DNA of 64,000 nucleotides from positions 517,716 through 581,715 of the forward strand of contig OZ243965.1 of assembly GCA_965214655.1 (NCBI GenBank), written 5' to 3'. This DNA comes from Bryobacterales bacterium (GTDB lineage: Bacteria; Acidobacteriota; Terriglobia; Bryobacterales; UBA6623). This document shows positions 8,883 through 19,807 of this stretch, one piece after another. Positions within the stretch are counted from its first letter, which is position 1. Each line of letters starts with the position of its first letter. Below the pieces are notes generated by a model. It had not been told where the DNA came from. It ran no database searches and saw only the letters and a program-made list of their open reading frames with translations. Both the position numbers and the translations under genes were made by a program.

Positions 8883-10589
8883 GTGAACCGCCGCATCCCG
8901 CAATCCGTTTTCGCCGCCGCCGTCCTGCTCGCATCGTGCGGAGGCGCTCCTTCCACAACTGAAGACCGCCCCCCCAATGTCGTCCTGATCATGACCGACG
9001 ATCAGGGTTGGGCGCAGCTCGGCGTCCATGGAGACGAGGTTCTGCGCACACCGCACCTCGATCGATTGGCCGGCGAGAGCGTGGAGATGACCCGCTTCTA
9101 CGTGTCGCCGGTTTGCGCTCCCACGCGGGCGGCGCTGATGACCGGCCGCTACAACTACCGCACCGGCGTCGTCGACACCTATCTCGGGCGGGCGATGATG
9201 GATCCGGCCGAAATCACCATTGCCGAGATGTTGGGCGCGGCAGGCTACCGGACGGGCATCTTCGGCAAATGGCACCTCGGCGACAACTACCCGCAGCGCG
9301 CGGGCGACCAGGGCTTTCAGGAATCCGTGGTGCACAAGGGCGGCGGCATCGGGCAGCCGTCGGACCCGCCCGGCTCGGATTACTTCGACCCGATCCTGTT
9401 CCACAACGGCGCGCAGAAACAGTACGCGGGCTACTGCACCGACGTGTATTTCGAGGAGGCGATCCGCTGGATCGGCAGCGGCGGCGGGCAGCCGTTTTTC
9501 GCCTATATCCCGACCAATGCGCCGCACTCGCCGTATCTTGTGCCCGATTCCTACCGCGAGCCCTACGCCGCGCAGGGCTTGAGCGACAAGGATGCGCGCA
9601 TCTACGGAATGATCGAGAACATCGACGACAACGTCGGCAAGCTGCTCGCCCACCTGGAGCGAACGGGGCAGGCCGAAAACACGATCTTCATTTTCATGAC
9701 CGACAACGGTCCGACGACGCGGCGGCATCATGCCGGGCTGCGGGCGCAAAAGGGCAGCGTTTACGAAAACGGAATCCGCGCGCCGTTTTTCTTGCGCTGG
9801 CCCGCCCGCTTGACGCCGCGCCGGGTCGACAGCCTCGCGGCCCACATCGACATTGCGCCTACGCTGCTGGCCGCGGCAGGGGTTGACGCGCCCGAGGGCC
9901 TGCGTTTCGACGGCGCTGACATCATGCCGCAACTCGAGGGCAAGGCCGCAAGCGATCCGCAGCGCGCCTATTACGTGCAGGCCCACCGCGGCGACGAGCC
10001 GCAACTCTACCGGGCCTTCGCCGCGGTCACGCAGCGCTACAAGCTGACGCAGCCGTTGAGCTTTGCCTCGCCCCCGCCCGCGGACGCCGCAATGGAACTC
10101 TACGATTTGATCGCCGATCCGGGGGAGGAAACCAATCTCGCCGCCGAAAATCCCGAGATCGTCGCGCGCATGAAGGCCGGTTACGAAACCTGGTTTGCCG
10201 CTGTCGCCCCGCCGCGCGGCTACCGCGCCGTCAGATTTTCGATCGGCAGCGAGCAACAGCCGGCCGTCACGTTGACGCGGCAGGATTGGCGGATGAAGAC
10301 TCCCGACGGCTGGGGCCGTAAGGCGAAGGTCGTCGGCGTCTGGGAAGTGAATTGCGAGTCCGCCGGGCCTTACGACGTCACGCTTACGTTCGCGGAACCG
10401 CCGGCGAAAGCGGGCCGCGCGGAGATCGCTTTCGGCGATTTCGATGCCGCTGAGCCGGTGGCGGCGGGCGCCGAGCAAGTCCGCTTCGCAGGCGTGAAGC
10501 TGACGCCGGGAGAGGGAACGTTCGAAGCTCGGCTGGTCGTCGACGGAGAGGCCCGCGGCGTTTGGTTCGTCGATATCGTCAAGCGGTGA
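8883..10589 (+). CDS. Arylsulfatase (Cys-type), probable lipoprotein
   Basis: PNVVLIMTDDQG, CAPTRAALMTG (CxPxR), GKWHLG. GTG start at 8883 with lipobox-like LASCG. Confidence 0.92.
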   Translation: MNRRIPQSVFAAAVLLASCGGAPSTTEDRPPNVVLIMTDDQGWAQLGVHGDEVLRTPHLDRLAGESVEMTRFYVSPVCAPTRAALMTGRYNYRTGVVDTYLGRAMMDPAEITIAEMLGAAGYRTGIFGKWHLGDNYPQRAGDQGFQESVVHKGGGIGQPSDPPGSDYFDPILFHNGAQKQYAGYCTDVYFEEAIRWIGSGGGQPFFAYIPTNAPHSPYLVPDSYREPYAAQGLSDKDARIYGMIENIDDNVGKLLAHLERTGQAENTIFIFMTDNGPTTRRHHAGLRAQKGSVYENGIRAPFFLRWPARLTPRRVDSLAAHIDIAPTLLAAAGVDAPEGLRFDGADIMPQLEGKAASDPQRAYYVQAHRGDEPQLYRAFAAVTQRYKLTQPLSFASPPPADAAMELYDLIADPGEETNLAAENPEIVARMKAGYETWFAAVAPPRGYRAVRFSIGSEQQPAVTLTRQDWRMKTPDGWGRKAKVVGVWEVNCESAGPYDVTLTFAEPPAKAGRAEIAFGDFDAAEPVAAGAEQVRFAGVKLTPGEGTFEARLVVDGEARGVWFVDIVKR

Positions 10590-10618
10590 TTGCCGTCGTC
10601 AGGCCGCCTTGGCCCGCG

Positions 10619-11380
10619 TCAGGTGTTGATCGAGCCGCCGTCGACGGCGAGAGTCTGTCCCGTGACGAAATCGCTGTCGGACGAGGCGAGAAAGAGCAGC
10701 GCTCCGATCAGATCGGCGGGGTATCCGTGGCGCTTGAGCGCGCGGCTCGCCAAAACCTTTTCCTGCGCTTGCTCGACGTGAGCGCGGTTTTGCACGATGC
10801 TGTCGCTGAGAATCAGTCCCGGCGCCAGCGTGTTGACGCAAATGCCGTGCTCGCCGAGCTCGCGCGACAACGCCCGCGTAAGAGAAACGACCGCGCCCTT
10901 CGAGGCGACGTAGTGCAGCATCAGCGGCGGCTGCCCCTTGTACGCCGAACCGGAAGAGACATTGATAATCTTGCCCGAACCCTGGGCGATCATCCGCGGC
11001 GCCGCGTGCTTGGCCATCAGGAAGCTGCCGCGAACGTTGACGGCCATGACCCTGTCCCACAGGCCGACATCGATGTCCTGGAACCTGACCGGCGGGAGGG
11101 TGGAGTAAAGCGCCGCGTTGTTGACCAGGATATCGATCCGCCCGAAGCGGTCGACCGCGGCGGATATGAGCGAGCGGACCGAGCTTTCGTCGCTGACGTC
11201 GGCGGAATAATATTGCGCTTGGCCGCCGGACTGCCGAATCTCGCCGGCAAGCGCGACGCCGTCGGCGATGTCGGCGATGGCGACATGCGCCCCCTCGGCC
11301 GCCAGAGCGCGGCAATAAACCGCGCCGAGCCCCTTTGCGCCTCCGCTGACGATTGCCGTTTTTCGCTCCAGCCTGCCCAT
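10619..11380 (-). CDS. Short-chain dehydrogenase/reductase
   Basis: SGGAKGLG, NNAA, YVASK (YxxxK). Confidence 0.92.
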   Translation of the reverse strand: MGRLERKTAIVSGGAKGLGAVYCRALAAEGAHVAIADIADGVALAGEIRQSGGQAQYYSADVSDESSVRSLISAAVDRFGRIDILVNNAALYSTLPPVRFQDIDVGLWDRVMAVNVRGSFLMAKHAAPRMIAQGSGKIINVSSGSAYKGQPPLMLHYVASKGAVVSLTRALSRELGEHGICVNTLAPGLILSDSIVQNRAHVEQAQEKVLASRALKRHGYPADLIGALLFLASSDSDFVTGQTLAVDGGSINT

Positions 11381-11488
11381 CTTCCAGGGTATCCGTTCGT
11401 CCGGTCAGCCCATGTTAGTGGATTCGGCCGGCGCGCAGGAATCCCGAGACTCCGGGCGGCGCCTGGGGGAAGATAGACAGCAAGGGTC

Positions 11489-11908
11489 ATGCAACAGAAA
11501 AGCCACGAGATTCAAGTTTCCACGCGCGGCAAGGGCCTTTATGAAATTACCGCGCCGGTAGCCGGCTGGGTGTCCGCGTGCGGTCTTCGCGAGGGACTGC
11601 TGACGGTCTTCATCCGGCACACTTCCGCCTCGCTGACCATCCAGGAGAACGCCGACCCCGATGTCCGCCATGACCTCGAAGGATATTTCAGCCGCATCGC
11701 CCCGGAAGACGACCCGCACTACCGCCACACGCTCGAAGGCCCCGACGACATGCCGGCCCACGTGCGCGCGGCGCTGACGCAGACGCAGTTGACGATCCCC
11801 GTCGCCGGCGGCAGGCCCGTGCTCGGCGTCTGGCAGGGCATCTATATTTTCGAGCACCGGCGGGCCGCACACCGCCGCCGCGTCTTTCTGCATCTAATCG
11901 GGGAGTAG
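11489..11908 (+). CDS. yjbQ: YjbQ/UPF0047 family (secondary thiamine-phosphate synthase)
   Basis: HTSASLTIQENADP, DDMPAHVRAAL, LGVWQGIYIFEHR. Confidence 0.9.
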   Translation: MQQKSHEIQVSTRGKGLYEITAPVAGWVSACGLREGLLTVFIRHTSASLTIQENADPDVRHDLEGYFSRIAPEDDPHYRHTLEGPDDMPAHVRAALTQTQLTIPVAGGRPVLGVWQGIYIFEHRRAAHRRRVFLHLIGE

Positions 11909-11921
11909 TTCTTGTTACAAC

Positions 11922-13640
11922 ATGACTATGCGCCTGTTTGCAGCCGCCTTCTGCTTGACCGCAACCATGTACGCTCAGCCCGCCAATCAAAAGCTTCACG
12001 CCCTGTTCGACGAGTATCACGAGGCCTACCTTCGCCAGAATCCGGAAGAAGCGACCTCTCTCGGCCGCAACGAGTACAACGACCGCTGGCGGGACTGGTC
12101 GCCGTCCGGACGCGACCGTTGGCTTGCCGCAATGCGCGGTTTTCTGTCGCGGCTCGAGGAGTTTCGGCCGGACGATCTGAACGAGCAAGACCGCATCGGC
12201 CTGCAACTGCTCGAAGGTCAACTGCAGCGCGATATCGCCGGCCTGCCTTACGCAACCTACCTGACCCGCGTGAACCAATTGTTCGGAATGCACACGCTCG
12301 TTTATCTGACGGTCAGAGAAATGCCCGCGCGGACTGCGGCGGACTACGAGAACATTCTGGCGCGCCTGCGGGCGGTTCCCGCTTATGTCGAGCAGAATAT
12401 CGGCGTGTTGCAGGAGGGCATGCGCGAGGGGATCGTCCAGCCGGCGCTCGTCGTCGACCGCATCGTGAAGCAACTGCGGGCGCAGGCCGGACAGCCGCCC
12501 GGCGAATCGAGCCTGCTCGCCGCCTTCCGCCAATTTCCCGAGACGATCGGCGCCGCGGACCGCCGCCGGCTCGGCAATGAGGCCGCACGCATCTATGCGC
12601 AGGAATTTCTGCCTGCCTGGAGAAAGCTGCAAGAGTTCCTCGCCGCGGAGTATGCTCCGCAAGCGCGCGCCGAAATCGCCGCTTCCGCGCTGCCCGGCGG
12701 GGAGGGCAGCTACAAGTTTTTCATCGAATACCACACGACTACCGACCTGACCGCCGGTCAAATCCACGAGATCGGCAAGCGCGAGGTCGAGCGCATCGAA
12801 AAGGAAATGGCCGCGATCGCCCGCGAGACCGGATTCGAAGGCACGGTTGCGGAGTTCGAGGAGAGCTTGCGCTCCTCGCCCGAGCACATGTTCGCAAGCA
12901 AGGAAGAGATGCTGGTCTACCACCGGGATCTCGCCATGCGCGTTCAGCCCGAGCTGCCCCGGCTGTTCCGCAAGCTGCCGCGCATGCCGGTAGGCATCCG
13001 GCCGATACCCGCCGACCGCGAAGCCGAGTCGGCGTCGAACTACAACAGCCCCGCCGCCGACGGCTCCAGACCGGGATGGTTCAACTTGAAGACCTACCGG
13101 CCGGAGACGGAGCCGAAATACGACAAAGCGGCGCTGGTGCTGCACGAAACCAACCCGGGCCACCACTTGCAGATCGCCCTTCAGCTTGAACTCGACGCCT
13201 TGCCCGAGTTCCGCAAAATCTACCATTCGACCGCCTACGCCGAAGGTTGGGCGCTGTACGCGGAATCGCTGGGCGGCGAGCTCGGCGTCTACGACGATCC
13301 GTACAGCCGGTTCGGCGCGCTCGACAGCGAGCGGTTCCGCGCGCGGCGGCTGGTCGTCGACACCGGCATCCATGCCTTCGGCTGGACCCGCGAGCAAGCG
13401 ATCGAGTATTTGGGCGATGTCAGCGAAGTGGAGCGCTACATCGCCTGGCCGGGCCAGGCATTGGCCTACAAGATGGGGCAGCTCAAGATACTCGAACTGA
13501 AAGCGAAAGCCCGCGAACGGCTCGGCGGCAGGTTCGACGTCCGCGAGTTCCACGACGCCGTTTTGCGCAACGGAGCGCTGCCCCTCGACTTGCTGGAAGC
13601 GCAGGTCGAACGCTACATCGACAGCGCGTCGCGGCGCTGA
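11922..13640 (+). CDS. DUF885 family secreted protein (putative metallopeptidase fold)
   Basis: Signal peptide; [40 protein letters not shown]. Confidence 0.9.
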   Translation: MTMRLFAAAFCLTATMYAQPANQKLHALFDEYHEAYLRQNPEEATSLGRNEYNDRWRDWSPSGRDRWLAAMRGFLSRLEEFRPDDLNEQDRIGLQLLEGQLQRDIAGLPYATYLTRVNQLFGMHTLVYLTVREMPARTAADYENILARLRAVPAYVEQNIGVLQEGMREGIVQPALVVDRIVKQLRAQAGQPPGESSLLAAFRQFPETIGAADRRRLGNEAARIYAQEFLPAWRKLQEFLAAEYAPQARAEIAASALPGGEGSYKFFIEYHTTTDLTAGQIHEIGKREVERIEKEMAAIARETGFEGTVAEFEESLRSSPEHMFASKEEMLVYHRDLAMRVQPELPRLFRKLPRMPVGIRPIPADREAESASNYNSPAADGSRPGWFNLKTYRPETEPKYDKAALVLHETNPGHHLQIALQLELDALPEFRKIYHSTAYAEGWALYAESLGGELGVYDDPYSRFGALDSERFRARRLVVDTGIHAFGWTREQAIEYLGDVSEVERYIAWPGQALAYKMGQLKILELKAKARERLGGRFDVREFHDAVLRNGALPLDLLEAQVERYIDSASRR

Positions 13641-13701
13641 GCGGGCGCGGCTTTCGGTTTCCCCCGGCTCGGTTATCATGGATGCTTCGGGTCGAAGCGA
13701 T

Positions 13702-14223
13702 ATGGACGAACTGAAATCTCTGATTCGCGAGGTGCCGGACTTCCCCAAGCCGGGCATCTTGTTCTACGACATCACCACCGCTCTGAAAAACGCGCGAGGA
13801 CTCAAGCTCATCACGAATTCGCTGGCCGAGCAAGCGGACGGACGGCATGTCGACGTGGTCGCAGGGATCGAATCCCGCGGCTTTCTGTTCGGCCCGCCGC
13901 TGGCGTCCGAGCTCGGCGTGGGGTTCGTGCCGGTGCGCAAGTCCGGCAAGCTCCCGGCGGAGACGACCCAGGTCAGCTACGATCTCGAGTACGGCAGCGA
14001 TACGCTCGAGATTCATACCGACGCCGTGCAACCCGGACAGCGGGTGCTCATCGTGGACGACTTGCTGGCGACCGGGGGAACCGCCGCCGCCTGCGTCCGA
14101 TTGATCGAAGACCTGGGCGGGACCGTCGCCGGGCTGTCTTTCGTGATCGAGCTCGGTTTCTTGCACGGCCGCAGCAAACTGATGAGCTACGATGTCGCTG
14201 CGTTGTTGAACTACGACTCGTAG
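13702..14223 (+). CDS. apt: Adenine phosphoribosyltransferase
   Basis: [38 protein letters not shown]. Confidence 0.97.
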   Translation: MDELKSLIREVPDFPKPGILFYDITTALKNARGLKLITNSLAEQADGRHVDVVAGIESRGFLFGPPLASELGVGFVPVRKSGKLPAETTQVSYDLEYGSDTLEIHTDAVQPGQRVLIVDDLLATGGTAAACVRLIEDLGGTVAGLSFVIELGFLHGRSKLMSYDVAALLNYDS

Positions 14224-14245
14224 GCGGAAACCTTGGCGGACCCTC

Positions 14246-15181
14246 ATGCCGACGGTCATCCGACAGGCCCCGGCTAAAATCAACTTGGGTCTGCGCATAC
14301 TGGGCAGGCGCCCCGACGGCTATCACGAATTGCGCACGGTCTTGCAGACGATTTCGCTCGCCGACCGGGTGGAAGTCTCCTGCGAACCGGCCGCCGCAAC
14401 CCGCATCGAATTGCGCTGCAACCGTTCCGACCTGCAGAACGACGACAATCTCGCCGCCCGCGCGGCGCGGGCTTTGTTGGAGCGTCTGGGCCTGACCGCC
14501 CGCGTCGGCATCCGGCTGCAGAAAAATATCCCGGCAGGCGCCGGCTTGGGCGGCGGGTCGAGCGACGCGGCGGCCGTGCTGATGGCGCTCGGCGGGCAAC
14601 TCCCCACTCCCCCGGACGACACAACCCTCTATGAGACGGCGTCCGAGTTGGGCAGCGACGTCCCGTTTTTCCTTGTCGGCGGCACGGCGCTCGGAATCGG
14701 CCGGGGAGAAGAGATCTACCCGCTCGAAGACCAACCGGCCCATCCGCTCGTCGTTGCCGCTCCCGGCATCGCGATCTCGACCCGGTGGGCCTACCGGCAG
14801 TTCGCGCGGCAAGCCGCCCGAAAATTGACAGCCGAAGCGCAACGCCGTACCATAGAGGGTTTCTGTTCAGCGATTCGCGCATCCGATGCCCGGGGCGTCA
14901 TGAACCTCGCAGGGGCAATCGCCAACGACTTCGAGCAGGTTGTCTTCCATCAGTTCCCGCAACTTGAAACCATCAAGCGAAAACTGCTTGCCGCCGGGGC
15001 GCGATTGGCGCTGCTGTCCGGCAGCGGTTCGGCGTTATTCGCGGTTTTCGAGTCCGGGCGGGAAGCGGACGCCGCCGCTCGATCGTTCGCGGCCGAGGGC
15101 CTCGACGCCGTAGCGTGCCGGTTCCTGCCGCGCGCCCAATACCGCGCCCAATACCGCGCCCGACAAGCGCCGATTTCGTGA
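14246..15181 (+). CDS. ispE: 4-diphosphocytidyl-2-C-methyl-D-erythritol kinase
   Basis: APAKINLGLRILGRRPDGYHEL, IPAGAGLGGGSSDAAA, LGSDVPFF, LSGSGS. Confidence 0.96.
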   Translation: MPTVIRQAPAKINLGLRILGRRPDGYHELRTVLQTISLADRVEVSCEPAAATRIELRCNRSDLQNDDNLAARAARALLERLGLTARVGIRLQKNIPAGAGLGGGSSDAAAVLMALGGQLPTPPDDTTLYETASELGSDVPFFLVGGTALGIGRGEEIYPLEDQPAHPLVVAAPGIAISTRWAYRQFARQAARKLTAEAQRRTIEGFCSAIRASDARGVMNLAGAIANDFEQVVFHQFPQLETIKRKLLAAGARLALLSGSGSALFAVFESGREADAAARSFAAEGLDAVACRFLPRAQYRAQYRARQAPIS

Positions 15182-15205
15182 AGACTGAACAAGGAGTTCC
15201 GCACA

Positions 15206-16153
15206 GTGGCTGATCGTAGTCGTCTGACCGTCTTTAGCGGCTCCGCCAATCCGGCGTTGACCGCGAGCATCTGCAATTGCCTGCAGGTCGAGCAGGGCAA
15301 GCATCTGCTGCAAACGTTTTCCGACGGCGAGATCTATCTGCAGATCAAGGAAAACGTCCGCGGCCGGGACGTTTTCGTCGTCCAACCCACCTGCACGCCC
15401 GTGGATACGCACCTGATGGAGCTGCTGCTCATGCTGGACGCCCTGCGCCGAGCCTCGGCCAAACGCATCACGGCGGTGCTGCCTTACTACGGATATTCGC
15501 GGCAAGACCGCAAAGACAAGCCGCGCGTCCCGATTTCGGCGAAGCTGGTTGCGGATCTGCTGGTGACTGCCGGCGCGGACCGGGTCTTGACGCTCGACCT
15601 GCACGCGGCGCAGATCCAGGGTTTCTTCGACATCCCGGTGGATCACCTTTACGCACGCCCGGTTATGGTGGAGTATCTGTCGCGTCTCAGCCTGCCGCAT
15701 CTGACGGTGGTTTCGCCCGACGCCGGAGGCGTCCAGCGCGCCCGCTCGCTTGCGGCGCGTCTCAAGGCGCCGCTGGCGATCATCGACAAGCGCCGCCAGA
15801 AAGCGAACGTCGCCGACGTCATGCACGTCATCGGTCGGGTCAAAGGCCGCACATGCCTGATCGTGGATGACTTGGTGGATACCGCTGGAACGCTGGTGAA
15901 GGGCGTCGAGGCGCTGCTCGAAAAAGGGGCGGCGGCGGTTTACGCCAGTTGCACGCATGCCGTGCTTTCCGGCTCCGCAGTCGCTAGAATTAAAGAATCG
16001 GGGCTGACCGAACTCGTGGTTACCGACTCGATTCCACTCTCGGAGCAGTCCGGGGAATGCGGGAAGATCCGCCAGTTGAGCGTAGCTCCGCTGCTGGCGA
16101 AAGCGATCGAGTCGATTTACGACGAGACCTCCATCAGCGCATTGTTTGAATAG
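15206..16153 (+). CDS. prs: Ribose-phosphate pyrophosphokinase
   Basis: [32 protein letters not shown]. Confidence 0.97.
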   Translation: MADRSRLTVFSGSANPALTASICNCLQVEQGKHLLQTFSDGEIYLQIKENVRGRDVFVVQPTCTPVDTHLMELLLMLDALRRASAKRITAVLPYYGYSRQDRKDKPRVPISAKLVADLLVTAGADRVLTLDLHAAQIQGFFDIPVDHLYARPVMVEYLSRLSLPHLTVVSPDAGGVQRARSLAARLKAPLAIIDKRRQKANVADVMHVIGRVKGRTCLIVDDLVDTAGTLVKGVEALLEKGAAAVYASCTHAVLSGSAVARIKESGLTELVVTDSIPLSEQSGECGKIRQLSVAPLLAKAIESIYDETSISALFE

Positions 16154-16213
16154 AAGTTTCAGGGGCGCTCCGATTCCGGGGGGCGGCGCGCCCGGCAAGA
16201 GAAGGCGGTTGAG

Positions 16214-16867
16214 ATGCAACAACAAGTCGATTTCGAAGTTTCGGAGCGCAGTGCGCGCGGCAAGAACGCAGCGCGGCGCCTGCGCTCTGCGGGGCGCACG
16301 CCCGGCGTCGTCTACGGTTTGGGCAAAGAGCCGCACGCAGTCGCCATCGATACGAAGCGCATGACCCGGCTTTTGCAAGACTCCGCCGGCCGAAACAAGA
16401 TTCTGAATCTGCAGAGCGGCGGCGGCAACGAGCCTGCGATGGCCGTCGACTACCAGGTCGACCCCGTGAAGAACACGCTGCTGCATGTCGATCTGCTGCG
16501 GATCGATCTGCAAAAACCCGTCAAGGCGGCGGTCCCCGTCGTCTCTGTGGGCGTGGCCTTCGGCGTCAAGAATCAGGGCGGCTTCGAAGAGATGGTCAAC
16601 CGCGAAATCATGATCGAGTGCCTGCCGCTCGACATCCCCGAGAAAATCGAGGTGGACATCGCCCATCTGCACGTCGGCCAGGCAATTCGCGCCGGCGATA
16701 TCCCGACCGGCGGCAAGTACGCGCTGGCCGACGCCGAAGACAAGTTGATGCTGCACATTCTGGCCGCAAAGACAAGCGCCCCCGCGTCCGACGCAGCGGA
16801 AAGCGAGGAGCAGGAAGCGGCTGCCGCGGACGACGAGAAAACAAAGGCCGCGAAAGGTGGGCAATAG
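16214..16867 (+). CDS. rplY: 50S ribosomal protein L25/general stress protein Ctc
   Basis: GKNAARRLR, PGVVYG, LLHVDL plus Ctc C-terminal domain; position between prs and pth. Confidence 0.95.
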   Translation: MQQQVDFEVSERSARGKNAARRLRSAGRTPGVVYGLGKEPHAVAIDTKRMTRLLQDSAGRNKILNLQSGGGNEPAMAVDYQVDPVKNTLLHVDLLRIDLQKPVKAAVPVVSVGVAFGVKNQGGFEEMVNREIMIECLPLDIPEKIEVDIAHLHVGQAIRAGDIPTGGKYALADAEDKLMLHILAAKTSAPASDAAESEEQEAAAADDEKTKAAKGGQ

Positions 16868-16900
16868 TCCCCGAGCCGGCTTGCACAGCCGGAGACGCCC

Positions 16901-17524
16901 ATGTTTTGGCGGTCCAAGACAAAGACCGACGCGCAATTTCTTGTTGTCGGTCTGGGGAATCCGGGCGAGGAATATCGACAAACGCCCCACAATCTGGGAT
17001 ATATGACAATCGATCGCCTGGCGAAGGACGAAGGCATTCGGGTGACCCGCCCCGAAGAGAATGCCCTCGTCGGACTCGGCTCGGTCGGCGGCAAATCCGT
17101 CGTTCTGGCCAAACCGCTCTCGTTCATGAACTTGAGCGGCGGACCGGTCAAGGGACTGTTGCGGCGTTACGACCTGACGCTCGACCGACTCCTGATCGTC
17201 TACGATGATCTGGACCTGCCGTGGAAGACCTTGCGGATCAAGCTCAAAGGGTCTTCCGCGGGGCATAACGGCATGAAATCCATCATCGGCTCGCTGGGGT
17301 CGCTGCAGTTCGCGCGCTTGCGCATCGGCATCCGCCCCGAGCGCCGCCTCGCCGGCGGAGCCGATTATATCTTGCGCCCGTTCCGTCGAGAGCAACTCGA
17401 CGAGGCGGATGCGATCGTCAACCAAGCGGCGGGCTTCGTTCGCCGGTTACTTGCCGAGGGCGCCGAAAAGGCCATGGCGGAGTGCAACCGCCGCGCCCGC
17501 GGGCAACGCATAGAGGAACAATGA
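16901..17524 (+). CDS. pth: Peptidyl-tRNA hydrolase
   Basis: [35 protein letters not shown]. Confidence 0.96.
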   Translation: MFWRSKTKTDAQFLVVGLGNPGEEYRQTPHNLGYMTIDRLAKDEGIRVTRPEENALVGLGSVGGKSVVLAKPLSFMNLSGGPVKGLLRRYDLTLDRLLIVYDDLDLPWKTLRIKLKGSSAGHNGMKSIIGSLGSLQFARLRIGIRPERRLAGGADYILRPFRREQLDEADAIVNQAAGFVRRLLAEGAEKAMAECNRRARGQRIEEQ

Positions 17525-17979
17525 GAGTTTACGAATTGGTGTTTATCGTCAAGCCCGATCTTCCCGAGGAAGAGACCCGGGCCGCGGTCGAGCAAGTCAA
17601 AACGGCGCTGACCGACGGCGGCGCCGCAATCGACAAGACGGAGGAATGGGGCAAGCGCCGCTTGGCCTACCACGTCCGCGGCTTCGCCGACGGGCATTAC
17701 GTTTTCATGCAGTATTCGGCAGAAGACAAGTCTTTGCTGCCACGCGAAATCGAGCGCCGCTTGCGGGTCTCCGACAGCGTCATCAAATTCATGACCGTGC
17801 GCATAGACAAAGACCTGCAGCGGCTCGAAAAACTGAGAAAGAAGAGAGAGAAAAGAGCGGCCAAAGCCCCGCAGAGCCCGCCGCGTCCCGATGCCCCGCG
17901 CCCGGCCGCCGCGGCAGCCCCGAGCGCGCCCGTTCCGGCGCCGCCGGGCAGAGCGCCCGACCGCCCGGCAGCGTCGTAA
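17521..17979 (+). CDS. rpsF: 30S ribosomal protein S6 with Pro/Ala-rich tail
   Basis: [24 protein letters not shown]; ATG overlaps the pth stop. Confidence 0.95.
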   Translation: MRVYELVFIVKPDLPEEETRAAVEQVKTALTDGGAAIDKTEEWGKRRLAYHVRGFADGHYVFMQYSAEDKSLLPREIERRLRVSDSVIKFMTVRIDKDLQRLEKLRKKREKRAAKAPQSPPRPDAPRPAAAAAPSAPVPAPPGRAPDRPAAS

Positions 17980-18014
17980 GCAAGGATCGAGGAGCGGAAA
18001 TCAGGAGAAACGAA

Positions 18015-18437
18015 ATGGCTGAAAATCAATCCACCCCAGCGCCGGCCCCCGAAAAATCGCCGGCAAGCGCGGTCCCAAGCGGGGAGCGGCCCGCTGCCGA
18101 TGCGCCCCGTGCGGAGCGCGCATCCGGCGAAAGCTCCGGCGGCGGCGCCCGCGCAACGAAGCCCGGCGGCGACCGCCGTCCGCGGCAAGGAAGCTCCGGC
18201 GGAAAACGGTTCTTCCGGCGGCGCAAGGTCGACTTCTTCAGCGTCAACAAAATCGACGACATCAATTACAAGGACGTCGACAAGCTGAAGCAATTTCTGG
18301 GCGACCGCGGCAAGATCCTGCCCCGCCGCCACACGGGCTTGAGCTCGCATCATCAGCGTCAGTTGCGGCAAGCGATCAAACGCGCGCGCAATATCGCCCT
18401 GCTGCCTTTCGCCGGCGAGATCAAGAAGAGCAAGTGA
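18015..18437 (+). CDS. rpsR: 30S ribosomal protein S18, Cys-free form with long N-terminal extension
   Basis: [26 protein letters not shown]...[12 protein letters not shown]; SD AGGAG upstream of ATG 18015. Confidence 0.95.
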   Translation: MAENQSTPAPAPEKSPASAVPSGERPAADAPRAERASGESSGGGARATKPGGDRRPRQGSSGGKRFFRRRKVDFFSVNKIDDINYKDVDKLKQFLGDRGKILPRRHTGLSSHHQRQLRQAIKRARNIALLPFAGEIKKSK

Positions 18438-18448
18438 AGGAGGCCGCG

Positions 18449-19027
18449 ATGCTCGAAGTCATTCTCAAGAAAGACATCTACAAGCTGGGCGACCGCGGCC
18501 AGGTGGTCAAGGTCGCCGACGGCTACGCACGGAACTTTCTCTACCCGCAGAAGCTGGCCATTCCGGCTGCCAAGGGCAGCCTCAAGCAGCTCGAAGAGAT
18601 GCGGGCGGCGGCCTATCGCGAGACGGTGCGCCTGCGCGGCGACGCCGAAAAGCAGGTTGCGGCGCTCGCGGGCGTGGTGGTGCGCGTGGTTGCCCGCGCC
18701 GGCCAGAACGACCAGCTCTTCGGCTCGGTCACGAACCGTCAAATCGCCGCCGCGCTCGCCGAGCAGGGAATCGAAATCGACCGCCACCGGATCGACATGA
18801 AAACCCCCTTGCGCGTCATTGGCGATTACGAGGTCGCCGTTCGCTTCTACAAGGACGTGGAGACGACGATCAAAGTCGAGGTCCGCGCCGAAGGCCGCGA
18901 AGACGAACCGTTGACGCCCGCTGAAGAAGAGACCGCGCAAGAGACCGAGCAAGAGCCGGCCGGCGGCGCGGAGCAAGCCGCAGCCCCACAGGCCGCCGCA
19001 GGCGGCGGCGCAGCCGCGGAGGGCTAG
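18449..19027 (+). CDS. rplI: 50S ribosomal protein L9
   Basis: LGDRGQVVKVADGYARNFLYP, LFGSVT; SD AAGGAGG before ATG 18449. Confidence 0.96.
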   Translation: MLEVILKKDIYKLGDRGQVVKVADGYARNFLYPQKLAIPAAKGSLKQLEEMRAAAYRETVRLRGDAEKQVAALAGVVVRVVARAGQNDQLFGSVTNRQIAAALAEQGIEIDRHRIDMKTPLRVIGDYEVAVRFYKDVETTIKVEVRAEGREDEPLTPAEEETAQETEQEPAGGAEQAAAPQAAAGGGAAAEG

Positions 19028-19029
19028 GC

Positions 19030-19791
19030 GTGCGCGGCGGCTTCTTCGACCTGTCCGGCCAGACGGCCGTGGTCACCGGCGCCGCGCGGGGCATCGGGGC
19101 CGGCATCGCCCGCCGGTTGGCGCGGGCCGGGGCGCAAGCAATCGCCGCGGACCGCAACCTTTCCGGCGCGGAATCGACCGCCGAAGAGTTGCGTTCCCAA
19201 GGCTTGCAGGCCGAGGCGGTCGAACTCGACGTCGCCGACGGCTCGGCCGTGGCGGGCGTGTTCGCAAGCTTGATCGCGTCGCACGGGCGAATCCACGTCC
19301 TCGTCAATTGCGCCGGCATCGCCGGAAAAGCAGCCCCCATCCAGGAACAGAGCGACGCGGACTGGCATTCCGTCATCGACATCAACCTCAACGGCGTCTT
19401 CTACTGCTGCCGCGCCGTAACCGCGCACATGATCGCCGGCAACTACGGGCGGATCGTCAACATCGCCTCGCTGGCCGGCAAGGAAGGCAACCCCAACATG
19501 ACGGCCTATTCGGCGTCCAAGTCCGGGGTCATCGCGCTCTCGAAATCGCTGGGAAAAGAAACCGCCGGCTACAACATCTGCGTCAACGCAATCAGTCCGA
19601 CGGTGATCCGTACGCCGATCCTCGACCAGCTCACCCCGGAGCAGGTCCGGTACATGACCTCCAAGATACCCAGAGGCCGCACGGGCACGATCGAAGAAGT
19701 CGCCGCGGTCGCGCATTTTCTCGCCAGCCCCGACTGCTCTTTCGTAACGGGCCAGTGCTACGATGTCAGCGGCGGGCGAGCCACGTATTGA
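19030..19791 (+). CDS. SDR family oxidoreductase (FabG-like)
   Basis: TGAARGIG, VNCAG, YSASK. Confidence 0.9.
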   Translation: MRGGFFDLSGQTAVVTGAARGIGAGIARRLARAGAQAIAADRNLSGAESTAEELRSQGLQAEAVELDVADGSAVAGVFASLIASHGRIHVLVNCAGIAGKAAPIQEQSDADWHSVIDINLNGVFYCCRAVTAHMIAGNYGRIVNIASLAGKEGNPNMTAYSASKSGVIALSKSLGKETAGYNICVNAISPTVIRTPILDQLTPEQVRYMTSKIPRGRTGTIEEVAAVAHFLASPDCSFVTGQCYDVSGGRATY

Positions 19792-19807
19792 CCGATTCGC
19801 CGTGAGA

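Noticed and set aside
15181-15206. tRNA-Gln often found between ispE and prs
   Set aside because: The gap is only 24 bp; no tRNA is present.
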